A stretch of DNA of 64,000 nt from Betaproteobacteria bacterium (lineage in GTDB: Bacteria > Pseudomonadota > Gammaproteobacteria > Burkholderiales > UBA3065). Position numbers and translations under genes: made by a program. The notes beneath the pieces are model-generated. The model was not told where the DNA came from. It saw only the letters and a program-made list of their open reading frames with translations, and searched no databases. Shown here piece by piece: positions 11,747 to 25,127 of this stretch. Numbering within the stretch: position 1 is the first letter of the stretch; every line of letters starts with the position of its first letter. The stretch is taken from assembly GCA_009923755.1 (NCBI GenBank), contig RFSW01000001.1, positions 453 through 64,452 on the forward strand, given 5' to 3'.

Positions 11747-12150
11747 TGCGCTACTTGCTGGATACCAACGTCTTCATCGCAGCGATGAAAGGCGTGGCGC
11801 GGGTGCGAGAGCGTCTGTCTGCCATACCGGCTGCTGATCTGGTGCTCTCACCAGTGGTGCTCGGTGAGCTTGAGTTCGGGGTGCGCAAGAGCGGCCATCG
11901 TGAGGCTAATGCCCGGCGCCTCGCCGCGGTGGCAGGCCAGTTCGAGTGGGTCGCGCTGGATGCGGCGGTGGCCATGCGATATGGTGATCTGCGTGCTGCG
12001 TTCGAGTCCAAAGGCCAGCCCATCGGTGCGAACGACCTCTGGATCGCTGCGCAAGCGCTGGCACTCGGTCTCACCCTGGTCACCGACAACCTCTCCGAGT
12101 TTGGCCGCATCAAAGGCCTCCGGCTCGAGAACTGGTTGCGCGAGGCCTAG
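11746..12150 (+). CDS. vapC: Type II toxin VapC (PIN-domain ribonuclease)
   Basis: 134 aa. PIN acidic residues are present: LLDTNV, GELEFG, ANDLWIAA, LVTDN. Confidence 0.85.
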   Translation: MRYLLDTNVFIAAMKGVARVRERLSAIPAADLVLSPVVLGELEFGVRKSGHREANARRLAAVAGQFEWVALDAAVAMRYGDLRAAFESKGQPIGANDLWIAAQALALGLTLVTDNLSEFGRIKGLRLENWLREA

Positions 12151-13538
12151 AACCCCGCCTCGACGCCGACCGCCGCCAGCACGGTGCGGAACTCGGCCTG
12201 GATGCGTGCCAGGGCATCGGCATCGTCGGCCTCGAAGCGCAGGACCAGCACCGGCGTTGTGTTGGACCCGCGCACCAATCCGAAGCCGTCGGTGTACTCC
12301 ACCCGTAGACCATCGAGCGTGATCACCTCGCGTGCGGCGGGGAAGGTCGCCTCGCGCTGCAGTTGCGCGATGAGCGCGTGGTGGTCGCGGCCCTCGACCC
12401 TGATCTGCATCTCCGGCGTATTCACGGAATCTGGCAGGGCGTCGAACACCGCGTCGAGGTCCTCGGCCTGCGAGAGGATCTCCAGCAGCCGTGCGCCGGC
12501 GTAGAGGCCGTCGTCGAAGCCGTACCAGCGCTCTTTAAAGAACATGTGGCCTGACATCTCGCCCGCCAGCAACGCGCCGGTCGCCTTCATCTTCGCCTTG
12601 ATGAGCGAATGACCGGTCTTCCACAGCGTCGGGCGGCCGCCATGTTTTTCAATCCAGTCAAAGAGATGTCGCGTGCATTTAACGTCGAATATGATCTCGG
12701 AGCCGGGGTTGCGTCCGAGCACATCGGCTGCGAACAGCATCAACTGCCGGTCCGGGTAGATGATCTGCCCGCAGCGCGTCACCACGCCCAGGCGGTCACC
12801 GTCACCGTCAAAGGCCAGCCCGATGTCGCCCTTTCCACGACCGAGTTCGCGGATCAGGTCCTCGAGGTTGTGCGGGTCGGAGGGGTCCGGGTGGTGGTTG
12901 GGGAAGGTGCCGTCCACCTCGCAGAACAGCTCCGTGACGGTGCAGCCCAGGCGGCGGAACAGCTCGGGCGCGGTGGCACCCGGCGAGCCGTTGCCACAGT
13001 CGATGACGATGTGCAGCGGCCGCGTCAGCTTGATGTCTTTGACGATGCGCTCGAGGTAGGCAGCACGCACCGCAGCCACGCTGTAGGCCCCGGTCGTGGC
13101 TGGCGTGGCGCCGAATTCGCCGTCCTCGATACGCCGGCGCAGGCTCTGGATGGCCTCGCCTGAGAGGGTCTCGCCGGCCAGCACCATCTTGAGCCCGTTG
13201 TACTGCGGCGGGTTGTGGCTGCCGGTGACCATCACGCCGCCACCGAGGCCGAGGTGATGCACCGCGAAATAGAGCATCGGCGTGGCGCACGGCGTGGCGC
13301 ACACGCCGATGTCGGTGACGTCCACGCCGCTGGCCTGCAGGCCCTCAGCCAGCGCGGCGGCCAGCCCGGGCCCGGACAGGCGCCCGTCTCGACCGATGGC
13401 GATTGTGTGCTGGCCCCGCGCCCGTGCCTCGGCGCCGACGGCGCGGCCGATCTGGCGCACTGCATCCGGCGTGAGGTCGGTGTCGACGACACCGCGGATG
13501 TCGTAGGCCTTGAACAGGCCGGCAGCGGGCGTGTTCAT
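12147..13538 (-). CDS. algC: Phosphomannomutase/phosphoglucomutase (AlgC-like)
   Basis: 463 aa. Contains FKAYDIRGVV, the active-site block TGSHNPPQYNGLK, the Mg site FDGDGDR and GEMSGH. Confidence 0.85.
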   Translation of the reverse strand: MNTPAAGLFKAYDIRGVVDTDLTPDAVRQIGRAVGAEARARGQHTIAIGRDGRLSGPGLAAALAEGLQASGVDVTDIGVCATPCATPMLYFAVHHLGLGGGVMVTGSHNPPQYNGLKMVLAGETLSGEAIQSLRRRIEDGEFGATPATTGAYSVAAVRAAYLERIVKDIKLTRPLHIVIDCGNGSPGATAPELFRRLGCTVTELFCEVDGTFPNHHPDPSDPHNLEDLIRELGRGKGDIGLAFDGDGDRLGVVTRCGQIIYPDRQLMLFAADVLGRNPGSEIIFDVKCTRHLFDWIEKHGGRPTLWKTGHSLIKAKMKATGALLAGEMSGHMFFKERWYGFDDGLYAGARLLEILSQAEDLDAVFDALPDSVNTPEMQIRVEGRDHHALIAQLQREATFPAAREVITLDGLRVEYTDGFGLVRGSNTTPVLVLRFEADDADALARIQAEFRTVLAAVGVEAGF

Positions 13539-13542
13539 GCGC

Positions 13543-13962
13543 TCAGCCGCGGGTGTTCGATTGCCGCTCGAACTCCGCCAGGTCGACGCGCACCGGCGGC
13601 ACCCAGCCCGGCTGGCGGTGCTCCGCTACCACATTGGTGAACACGCCGCCGCGCACATACCAGCGCGCCGTTAGTCGCATGAACCTGGGATCGGTGGCGG
13701 CAACCAGGTCGTCGAGGATGCGGTTGGTCACCGCCTCGTGGAAGGCGCCCTCGTCGCGGTAGCTCCACATGTAGAGCTTGAGGCTCTTGAGCTCCACACA
13801 GCGCTGGTCGGCAATGTAATCCAGTGTGAAGTGGGCGAAGTCCGGCTGCCCGGTCTTGGGGCACAGGCAGGTGAACTCCGGGATCTCCATATGGATGTGG
13901 AAATCACGCTCCGGCTTGGGGTTGGGGAAGGTCTCGAGGTCTCGCGAGGGGAGGGCGGTCAT
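13543..13962 (-). CDS. queF: NADPH-dependent 7-cyano-7-deazaguanine reductase QueF (type I)
   Basis: Contains [15 protein letters not shown] (catalytic Cys) and the QueF motif [14 protein letters not shown]. Start taken at ATG 13962 ([10 protein letters not shown]...); GTG 13986 is an alternative. Confidence 0.85.
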   Translation of the reverse strand: MTALPSRDLETFPNPKPERDFHIHMEIPEFTCLCPKTGQPDFAHFTLDYIADQRCVELKSLKLYMWSYRDEGAFHEAVTNRILDDLVAATDPRFMRLTARWYVRGGVFTNVVAEHRQPGWVPPVRVDLAEFERQSNTRG

Positions 13963-14100
13963 GGTCGTTTCAGGTACGTGCCCCAAGGGGCGTTGAGGCC
14001 GTGGCGCTTGACCCAGCCGGGTGTCGCCACGAGTTGGTCACGGTAGAATGCGGCGGATTATAGGCCAGCCGCTGCGTCCGCCCCGGACGACACCGCCCCG

Positions 14101-17100
14101 ATGCGCCTGACGCAGATCCGCCTCGCCGGCTTCAAGAGCTTTGTCGACCCGATGCAGATTCCGCTGGTCGGGCAGCTGGTCGGCGTGGTCGGGCCGAACG
14201 GCTGCGGCAAGTCCAACATCATCGATGCGGTGCGCTGGGTGCTTGGCGAGTCCACCGCCGGCCGCCTGCGCGGCGAGTCGCTTCAGGATGTCATCTTTAG
14301 CGGCTCCTCGGGCCGTAAACCCGTCTCGCGCGCGTCGGTGGAGCTGCTCTTTGACAACCGCGAGGGCCGCGCGCCGGGGCAGTGGGCGCCGTTTGCCGAG
14401 ATCGCTGTGCGGCGCGTCTATGAGCGCAGCGGCGATTCCAATTACTACATCAACAACCTGCCGGTGCGCCGCCGCGACATCGCCGACCTGTTTCTCGGCA
14501 CCGGGGTGGGGGCGCGCGCCTACGGCATCATCGAGCAGGGCATGGTCAACCGCATCGTCGAGGCGCGGCCGGAGGAACTGCGCGTCTTTCTCGAGGAGGC
14601 CGCGGGCGTGTCGCGCTACCGTGAGCGGCGCAAGGAGACCGAGGGGCGCCTCGGCGATGCCCGCATCAACCTCGACCGCGTCGAGGACGTGATGCGCGGG
14701 CTAGACGAGCAGATCGGCCGGCTCACCACTCAGGCCGTCGCTGCGCAGCGCTACCGCGACCTCGCCGCTGAACAGCGCGAGGCGCAGGCTGCCTTGCTCG
14801 GCCTGCGGGCGTATCTGGCCAGCGAGCAGGCGCGTGCTGCGACTGCCGCCATTGCCAGTGCGGAGACCGCCATCGAGGCGCAGATGGCGCAGGTGCGAGC
14901 GTTGGAGGCACAGGTCGAGGCTTTGCGGCAGGCGCAAGTAGCCGCTGCCGATGCCCTCGGCGAGCGGCAGGCGGCCATGTATGCGGCTGGCGCCGAGGTG
15001 ACGCGCATCGAGCAGAGCATCAACCACCTGCAGCAGACCCGCGCGGCGCTCGGCGGCCGGGTGGAGATGCAGTTGCGCCGGCAGGCGGAGGAGGCTGAGC
15101 GGGCGCGTCAGTTGGCTGCCAGCCAGACCGGTCTGACCGACGAGGTGGCGGCGGCGCAGACCGCCGCTGCCTCGGCACGCACCGCTCAGCAGCAGGCCGA
15201 GGCGGCAGCGCAGGCCGCCGAGGCCGCGGAATCTGCCGCCCGCGAGGCGCTCGACGAGGCCGCCGCCGAGCGTCAGGCTGCGCGCAGCGCGGTGCAAGTG
15301 GCCGAGGCTGAGGTGCGCCTGGTCGAGCAGCGGCAGCAGGCCGCCGCCCGCAACCTCGCACGGCTGGAGCAGGAAGCGGCGGCGCTGGGTGCGGCAGCTG
15401 GCGGCACCGCGGGAGGCACGGCGGAAACGGCTGCTGATGTTGCCGAGACCTCTGCCGAGGCCCGTATCGACGGCCTGCGCGCCATGCTCGATGAGCAGGC
15501 CGCACTCGCCGCCCGTCTGCAGGCCGATGTCGCTGCGCGCGAGCCCGAGCTTGCCGCGCTGCGCGACCGCCTCACCCAGCAGACCCGCGACCTTGCCTCT
15601 GCGCAGGCCCGCGCCGAATCGCTTGGCGAACAACAGAGGCACCAAGGCGCTGCGCTGCGGCCTTGGCTCGAGGGGCAGGGGCTCGCGGCAAAGGCCAGCC
15701 TACTCGACGGCCTGCGCGTGCGTGCCGGCTGGGAAGCCGCCTTCGAGGCGGTGCTCGGTCACCGCCTGCAGGCGCGCTGCGTCGATTCGCTGGCGGCGCT
15801 GGCCGGCCGCGACGACCTGCCGCCGATGCTGGCCCTGGTCGAGCCGGGTGACGTGGCCCGCGGTGGGTCTCCGCATGGCGGCGAGCCCCAGGGCGACGCG
15901 GCCCATGCGGCCGCCTCCGAACCAGTCGCCGGCGGGTTGGTCCCGCTGGCCAGCCTGATCGAGCGCACCGACCCCTCACTCGGTGCCGCGCTGCACAGCC
16001 TGATCGCCGGCGTGTTCGCCGCAGGCCGCCTCGTCGAGGCGCTGGCTCTGCGCGAGCGGCTCGCCGATGGCCAGCAGCTGGTCTGCCCAGAGGGCGTGGT
16101 GGTTTGGCGGCATGGCCTCCTGGTCGGCGGTCGCGGCGGCGACTTGTCGGTGCAGGCCGACTTCGCCGCAGCCCAGGTCGAGGTCGCTCGGTTGGGCGAG
16201 GCCCGTGCGCCGCTGCAGGCCGAGCTCGAGGCATTGCAGGCCCGCCAGCGCGACGAGCAGGCGTGCTTTGCTGCTCTGCAGGCGCCGCTCGAGCAGACTC
16301 GCCGCGCCTTGCAGCAGCTCGAGGTGGCCGAGGCGCGTCGCCTCGAAGTCGCGGCGCAACGGGCCGAGCGCCGCGCCGCCCTCGACGCCGAGATCGCACG
16401 CTTGCGTGGCGAGCGGGCTGCCGACGCCGATGCATTGCTCGCTGCCCGCGCCGAGGTGCAGAGCCTCGCCGGCGAGGCCGGCAGCTATGAGGCGCTCTGG
16501 CAGGATCGCCAGGCCGCTCACGCCGACGCGCGCGAAGCTGCACAGGCTGGCCGCGAGGCGCGTCGCAGCGCAGAACGCGCGGCGCAGGAGGCGGGCTTTC
16601 GGGTGCAGACCCTGCAGACGCGCGCGACCGACTTGCGCAACGCACTCGCCGCCAACGCGCGCCGCGCGCAACAGATCGCCGACGAACTGGCGGCGCTGCA
16701 GGCCGAGTTCGCCGCACTTGACGATCAGACCCTGCCACAGGCCCTGGCCGCTGCCGTCGGAGCGCGCCAGGCCGCCGAGGCCGCGCTGCTGGCGGCACGC
16801 GAGTCCGCCGAGTCCGCCGTCAGCGAACTCCGGGAATGCGAGCAGCGGCGCATGGCCGCCGAGCACGCCGTGAGCCCGCTGCGCGAGGAACTGGGGGCTT
16901 TGCGCGTGCGCGTCGAGGCTGCCGTACAGCAGCGCGACCAGCAACTCGAGGAACTCGCCGCCATGGGCTTGCGTCCGGACCAGGTGCAGGTGCCCGAGGA
17001 CACCGACGAGGAGCCACTGCGCCGTCGCGTGACGCGCCTGCAGCGTGACATCGATGCGCTCGGCGATGTCAACCTCGCGGCCATCGCCGAACTGGCCGAG

Positions 17101-17673
17101 GCTACCGAGCGGCGCGGCTTTCTCGAGGCGCAGGCCGGCGACCTGCGGGCCGCCATCGGTACCCTCGAAGACGCCATCCGCCGCATCGACCGCGACAGCC
17201 GCGAGCGTCTGCAGCACACCTTCGATGAGGTCAACCGGGGGCTCTCCGAGCTCTTTCCAGCCATGTTCGGTGGCGGCGATGCGCGCCTCGAGCTCACCGG
17301 CGAGGAGATCCTCGACGCCGGCCTGCACCTCACCGCGCACCCGCCGGGCAAGCGCAACAGTACGCTGGCGCTGCTCTCGGGTGGCGAGAAGGCGCTCACC
17401 GCGCTGGCCTTGGTGTTCGCCCTGTTCCGCCTCAATCCGGCGCCGTTCTGCCTGCTCGACGAGGTCGACGCGCCGCTCGATGACACCAACACCGAGCGTT
17501 TCTGCCAGCTGGTGCGGCGCATGTCGGCGCAGACCCAGTTCATCTTTATCACCCACAACAAGCTGACCATGGAGATGGCCGCGCAGCTGGTCGGCGTGAC
17601 CATGCCGGAGCCCGGCGTATCGCGGGTGGTGGCGGTGGATGTGGCTGAGGCGGTGCGCCTGGCGGCTGCATGA
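14101..17673 (+). CDS. smc: Chromosome partition protein SMC
   Basis: 1190 aa. Has Walker A GPNGCGKSNIIDA, long Ala/Glu/Gln-rich coiled coils, the signature LSGGEKALTALA and Walker B FCLLDEVDAPLD. Confidence 0.95.
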   Translation: MRLTQIRLAGFKSFVDPMQIPLVGQLVGVVGPNGCGKSNIIDAVRWVLGESTAGRLRGESLQDVIFSGSSGRKPVSRASVELLFDNREGRAPGQWAPFAEIAVRRVYERSGDSNYYINNLPVRRRDIADLFLGTGVGARAYGIIEQGMVNRIVEARPEELRVFLEEAAGVSRYRERRKETEGRLGDARINLDRVEDVMRGLDEQIGRLTTQAVAAQRYRDLAAEQREAQAALLGLRAYLASEQARAATAAIASAETAIEAQMAQVRALEAQVEALRQAQVAAADALGERQAAMYAAGAEVTRIEQSINHLQQTRAALGGRVEMQLRRQAEEAERARQLAASQTGLTDEVAAAQTAAASARTAQQQAEAAAQAAEAAESAAREALDEAAAERQAARSAVQVAEAEVRLVEQRQQAAARNLARLEQEAAALGAAAGGTAGGTAETAADVAETSAEARIDGLRAMLDEQAALAARLQADVAAREPELAALRDRLTQQTRDLASAQARAESLGEQQRHQGAALRPWLEGQGLAAKASLLDGLRVRAGWEAAFEAVLGHRLQARCVDSLAALAGRDDLPPMLALVEPGDVARGGSPHGGEPQGDAAHAAASEPVAGGLVPLASLIERTDPSLGAALHSLIAGVFAAGRLVEALALRERLADGQQLVCPEGVVVWRHGLLVGGRGGDLSVQADFAAAQVEVARLGEARAPLQAELEALQARQRDEQACFAALQAPLEQTRRALQQLEVAEARRLEVAAQRAERRAALDAEIARLRGERAADADALLAARAEVQSLAGEAGSYEALWQDRQAAHADAREAAQAGREARRSAERAAQEAGFRVQTLQTRATDLRNALAANARRAQQIADELAALQAEFAALDDQTLPQALAAAVGARQAAEAALLAARESAESAVSELRECEQRRMAAEHAVSPLREELGALRVRVEAAVQQRDQQLEELAAMGLRPDQVQVPEDTDEEPLRRRVTRLQRDIDALGDVNLAAIAELAEATERRGFLEAQAGDLRAAIGTLEDAIRRIDRDSRERLQHTFDEVNRGLSELFPAMFGGGDARLELTGEEILDAGLHLTAHPPGKRNSTLALLSGGEKALTALALVFALFRLNPAPFCLLDEVDAPLDDTNTERFCQLVRRMSAQTQFIFITHNKLTMEMAAQLVGVTMPEPGVSRVVAVDVAEAVRLAAA

Positions 17674-17754
17674 GAAACCCCTGCAGATCCGCTTGCGGCC
17701 CTATAATTCAGCCACTTGGTCGCGATTCCTCGACCTTTCCGAGACCACGCTGAC

Positions 17755-21246
<3,492 letters not shown>

Positions 21247-21404
21247 CGAACCCGGGTTTCTGCGCATGGTGCAGAATTGTCCCGATGACGTTATGGGCGT
21301 GGCCCATCAAGCGCTACGTCGGCCGGCGCGATCAAACCTCCTTCGCACACGATTTGAAAAAGCGTTACATAATAGTGCTTACACAAACTATATGAGCGAC
21401 TGTC

Positions 21405-21983
21405 ATGGTGATGAGCGTGACTGGTGAGCGCATCAGCCGGCCCGATCCGGCCACCGTGTTGGCGCAGTCGGATTGTCTAGCCGATAGTGAGACGGTCAGG
21501 GCGGCCATCGCGCGAGTGGCGGAGCGCATCAATGCGGATCTTGCCGATCAAGTTGTCAAGGTCTGCCCGCTACTCAACGGGTCGCTGCCTTTTGCCGGCA
21601 TGTTGGTGCCGCAGCTGCGGATGCCGCTGCGGCTCGATGCCATCAAGGTGAGCCGCTACGGTTACGAGACGCGCGGCAAAGACCTCGAGTGGCTTTCGCC
21701 GATACCAGACGTCCAGGGCGAGACCGTGCTGCTGCTCGATGACGTGCTCGACGCGGGCGTCACCCTTACCCTGGTGCGGGGCGCAATGTTGTCGGCGGGT
21801 GCCCGGCGTTGTCTTATCGCCGTGCTCACCGAAAAGAATTGTTTGCGGCCCAAACCCATCGAGGCCGACTACGTGGCGCTCGAGATGCCGGATCGTTACA
21901 TCTTCGGCATGGGCATGGACGTATTTGGCTGGTGGCGCAATCTGCCCGCCATCCACGCCATGCGCGAGGTCGACGGGCCGTGA
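21405..21983 (+). CDS. Hypoxanthine/guanine phosphoribosyltransferase-like protein
   Basis: 192 aa with the PRPP-binding motif VLLLDDVLDAGVTL. Preceded by an AT-rich promoter-like region. Confidence 0.75.
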   Translation: MVMSVTGERISRPDPATVLAQSDCLADSETVRAAIARVAERINADLADQVVKVCPLLNGSLPFAGMLVPQLRMPLRLDAIKVSRYGYETRGKDLEWLSPIPDVQGETVLLLDDVLDAGVTLTLVRGAMLSAGARRCLIAVLTEKNCLRPKPIEADYVALEMPDRYIFGMGMDVFGWWRNLPAIHAMREVDGP

Positions 21984-22004
21984 CCTGCTCGTGATGCCGG
22001 TCTG

Positions 22005-22757
22005 ATGCTTGCCGTGATCGGTGGCAGCGGTTTCAACCGCTGGGACGCACTCCATGTGACCGGGCGCATCGACGCAGCCACGCCTTATGGTGCGCCTTCG
22101 GCGCCGCTGGTCTGTGGCCGCATCGCCGGCCGCGAGGTGCTGTTCCTCGCCCGCCATGGCGACCCGCACCGCATCGCCCCGCATCTGATCAACTACCGCG
22201 CCAACATCGCCGCACTGCGCGACGCTGGCGTACGGCGGGTGGTGGCGTTCGCCTCGGTCGGCGGCATCAGCGCCGATCTGCAGGCCGGCAGCGTGGTGGT
22301 GCCCGATGGCATCCTCGACTACACCCACTCGCGTGCCCACACTTTTGTCGACGAGCAGGTCGAGGCAGTCACGCACATCGATTTCACCCATCCCTTCGAG
22401 CCGGACCTGCGGAGCCATCTGCTGACCGCGGCGGCAGCGGCGGGCATTGCTGTGCGCGACGGCGGCACCTACGCCGCCACCCAGGGGCCGCGTCTGGAGA
22501 GCGCCGCCGAGATCCGCCGGCTTGAGCGCGATGGCGCCGACCTGGTCGGCATGACCGGCATGCCGGAGGCTGCGCTGGCACGCGAGGCGGGGTTGGCCTA
22601 CGCCATGCTCGCGGTGGTCGCCAACGATGCCGCAGGAAAGGGCGAGAGCGCCGCTGCAGTGGCGCTGGACGGCGCGCAGGCGCGCTTCGACGCTGGCATG
22701 GCGCAGGCGCGCGAGGTGCTACTGGCCTTGCTGCGCAGCGATGCGGAGGCGCCCTGA
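22005..22757 (+). CDS. S-methyl-5'-thioadenosine/thioinosine phosphorylase (PNP family 2)
   Basis: 250 aa. Contains IGGSGF, FLARHG..H.I.PH.INYRANI and MTGMPEA, characteristic of MTAP/MTIP enzymes. Confidence 0.8.
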   Translation: MLAVIGGSGFNRWDALHVTGRIDAATPYGAPSAPLVCGRIAGREVLFLARHGDPHRIAPHLINYRANIAALRDAGVRRVVAFASVGGISADLQAGSVVVPDGILDYTHSRAHTFVDEQVEAVTHIDFTHPFEPDLRSHLLTAAAAAGIAVRDGGTYAATQGPRLESAAEIRRLERDGADLVGMTGMPEAALAREAGLAYAMLAVVANDAAGKGESAAAVALDGAQARFDAGMAQAREVLLALLRSDAEAP

Positions 22758-23290
22758 TGGCGGTGCGGCCGGTGCTGCGCATGGGCGACAGCCGTTTATT
22801 GCAAGTTTCGGCGCCGGTCAGCGCCTTCGGCACCCCAGAACTGCGTGCGCTGGTGCAGGACATGCAGGACACCATGGCGGCAATGAATGGCGCCGGCATC
22901 GCCGCGCCGCAGATCGGCGTGCAGCTGCAGGTGGTGATTTTTGGCGTTGGCGCCAACCCGCGCTACCCGGACGCCGACCAGGTGCCTTACACCATCCTCT
23001 GCAACCCGGCCATCACACCACTGGACGATGCCGAGGAGGACGGCTGGGAGGGCTGCCTGTCGGTGCCGGGCATGCGCGGCATCGTGCCGCGGCACCGACG
23101 GATTAGGTACACCGGCTGTGACCTCGACGGCAACCCGATCGACCGCAGCGTCGAGGGCTTTCACGCGCGGGTGGTGCAGCACGAGTGTGACCACCTGTGG
23201 GGCATCCTCTACCCGATGCGCATCCGTGACATGAGCCGGTTCGGCTTTACCGAGGAGCTATTTCCCGGCCAGAACATCCCCGACGACTAA
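22757..23290 (+). CDS. def: Peptide deformylase
   Basis: 177 aa with the three deformylase motifs [16 protein letters not shown] and QHECDHL. Confidence 0.9.
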   Translation: MAVRPVLRMGDSRLLQVSAPVSAFGTPELRALVQDMQDTMAAMNGAGIAAPQIGVQLQVVIFGVGANPRYPDADQVPYTILCNPAITPLDDAEEDGWEGCLSVPGMRGIVPRHRRIRYTGCDLDGNPIDRSVEGFHARVVQHECDHLWGILYPMRIRDMSRFGFTEELFPGQNIPDD

Positions 23291-23338
23291 GAGCGACTGC
23301 GGCGGCCATCTGCGGCGTTTTTCGGTCCTCGCTACGCT

Positions 23339-24286
23339 CTAGCGAAACGAAAGCCCGCCGAGGGTCTTTGCCATCGCTGCGCCTGCTGCCGCGCCGAAGC
23401 GTTTGGCGAAGCGTTCGGCGATGTCCGGCGCCGGGGTGTAGTCGATCACCTTCTCCGCCTTGATGACCTCGCGCGCCACGCTGCCAGCGCTGCCCACCGC
23501 GTCGGCCAGGCCCAGTTCGATGGCCTGGGTGCCGGTCCACATCAGCCCACCAAACAACTTGCCGTTGTCCTTGAGGCGATCGCCGCGGCCTTCCTTGACC
23601 GCGTCGATGAAATGGGCGTGGATGTCATCCAGCAATTGACGGGCGTGCGCCACCTCGTCGGCCTTGACCGGGCCGAAGGGGTCGAGGAAGGCTTTGTTCT
23701 CGCCGGCGGTGAGCACTCGCCGCTCGACGCCGAAGCGCTCCATGCTGCCGGTAAAGCCGAAGCCATTCATGATCACGCCGATCGAGCCGACCACGCTCGA
23801 CGGGTTGACATGGATCTGGTCGGCCGCTGCGGCGATGTAGTAGCCGCCCGAGGCGCACAGGTCGCCGACCACCGCGTGCACCGGCGTGTCCTTGTGCAGC
23901 GCGCGCAAACGGCGGATCTCGCGATAGATGAGGTCGGATTGCACCGGGCTGCCGCCCGGGCTGTCGATCTGCAGAACGATGCCCTTGACCTGCGGGTTGT
24001 CGAAGGCGTCGCGCAGGGCGCCAGCGACGTTGTCCGCGGACACCTCGCCGCCGTCCTCGATCACGCCCTCGATCCGCACCAGCGCAGTGTGTGGTCCGCT
24101 CGGCGTCACACTGCCGCCCCCATGCGACAGGGCAAGCCCCAGCGCCACCGCGGCGATCAGCACCCACACCAGGCGGAATCCGATGGTCCAGCGGCGGGCG
24201 CGGCGCTTCTCTTCAAGCGATTCGCGCATCAGTTCGGCCAGAGCTTGGCTGGCAGCGTCGGTGGCAGGTGGGGGGGTCGGGTTCAT
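23339..24286 (-). CDS. sppA: Signal peptide peptidase SppA, 36K type (S49)
   Basis: 315 aa with an N-terminal TM segment, the catalytic-Ser block LCASGGYYIAAAAD and S49 core motifs. Confidence 0.85.
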   Translation of the reverse strand: MNPTPPPATDAASQALAELMRESLEEKRRARRWTIGFRLVWVLIAAVALGLALSHGGGSVTPSGPHTALVRIEGVIEDGGEVSADNVAGALRDAFDNPQVKGIVLQIDSPGGSPVQSDLIYREIRRLRALHKDTPVHAVVGDLCASGGYYIAAAADQIHVNPSSVVGSIGVIMNGFGFTGSMERFGVERRVLTAGENKAFLDPFGPVKADEVAHARQLLDDIHAHFIDAVKEGRGDRLKDNGKLFGGLMWTGTQAIELGLADAVGSAGSVAREVIKAEKVIDYTPAPDIAERFAKRFGAAAGAAMAKTLGGLSFR

Positions 24287-24296
24287 CGAAGATCCT

Positions 24297-24347
24297 GTGG
24301 CGAAGCGGTTGGGGTGGCGAAGCGGTCGAGGTGGCGAAGCGGAGCGG
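24297..24347. repeat. Three tandem copies of a 17-bp unit (GTGGCGAAGCGG + 5 nt) in the sppA leader/intergenic region
   Basis: GTGGCGAAGCGG occurs at 24297, 24314 and 24331, an exact 17-bp period, 11-60 nt upstream of the sppA start codon (24286, minus strand). Confidence 0.6.
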
Positions 24348-24461
24348 TCGGGGTAGGGTTGCCCGGGCAGCGCAGTATGTCGGGCCCCTGTCTCGGAGTC
24401 GTCGAACCGGCCGGCAGTTCACCGCCGTCGCACCTTCTCTGGCAGGACGTTGCGGCCGACC

Positions 24462-25127
24462 TCAGGGCGGCGGTCGGAGAAAACCTGCAAGCTCGGTCCA
24501 GTCGTCGCAGCAATGCAGGGTTGCCGGGCCGTGAAGGGCGTCGACCGGATGGGCGCCGAAGGTCACCCCGACGAACGCGGTGCCAGCCGACTCGGCCATC
24601 CCCCGGTCGTGGCTGGTGTCGCCGATCATCAGGGTGCGATCGGGCGTGCAACCGAACTCGTCCATCAGCTCCAGCAACATGGCCGGGTGCGGCTTGGGGT
24701 GTGTCTCGTCGGCGCAGCGCGAGCCGTGGAACAGCGGCCCGAGGCCGGTGGTGACGAACTGCCGCGCGAGGCCGGCGCGGCTTTTGCCGGTGGCCACCGC
24801 CAACCCCGCGCCGCAGCCGGACAGCCACGCCAGCAACTCGCGCGCGCCGTGGAAAGGCTGGACTTCGCCGTGCGCATCGCGACTGAGGAACAGACGTTTG
24901 TAGTGCTCGACCACGCCCTGCAGCACCTCACGCGGCTGGCCGGGGAAGCAGTACGCCAGCGCGTCGTCGAGGCCGAGGCCGATGACGTGTCGCGCACTCT
25001 CGAGGCTGGGGCGCGGCGCGCCGGCGGCATCGGCGGCGTCGAGGATGCACTGTGCGATCAGGCCCGCCGAATCGACCACCGTGCCATCCCAGTCGAACAC
25101 CACCAGATCGAAGTGTGTGGCGGACAT
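24462..25127 (-). CDS. HAD-IA hydrolase, phosphoglycolate phosphatase-like
   Basis: 221 aa. Has HAD motif I VVFDWDGTVVDS and motif IV MIGDTSHD. Its start overlaps the rluC stop by 1 nt (both at 25127). Confidence 0.75.
   Translation of the reverse strand: MSATHFDLVVFDWDGTVVDSAGLIAQCILDAADAAGAPRPSLESARHVIGLGLDDALAYCFPGQPREVLQGVVEHYKRLFLSRDAHGEVQPFHGARELLAWLSGCGAGLAVATGKSRAGLARQFVTTGLGPLFHGSRCADETHPKPHPAMLLELMDEFGCTPDRTLMIGDTSHDRGMAESAGTAFVGVTFGAHPVDALHGPATLHCCDDWTELAGFLRPPP

Noticed and set aside
14700-16900. Ala/Gln/Arg/Glu-rich repetitive stretch in the middle of smc, with large overlapping ORFs in other frames (for example a 408-aa Arg/Pro-rich ORF).
   Set aside because: This is the SMC coiled-coil arms. 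The frame with head, hinge and signature motifs is continuous across the region.
21247-21404. AT-richer gap after ligA, considered for a small gene, an sRNA or a mobile-element end.
   Set aside because: No ORF with coding character and no repeats. It is most simply the promoter region of the downstream phosphoribosyltransferase gene. The candidate -35/-10 hexamers are too ambiguous to annotate.
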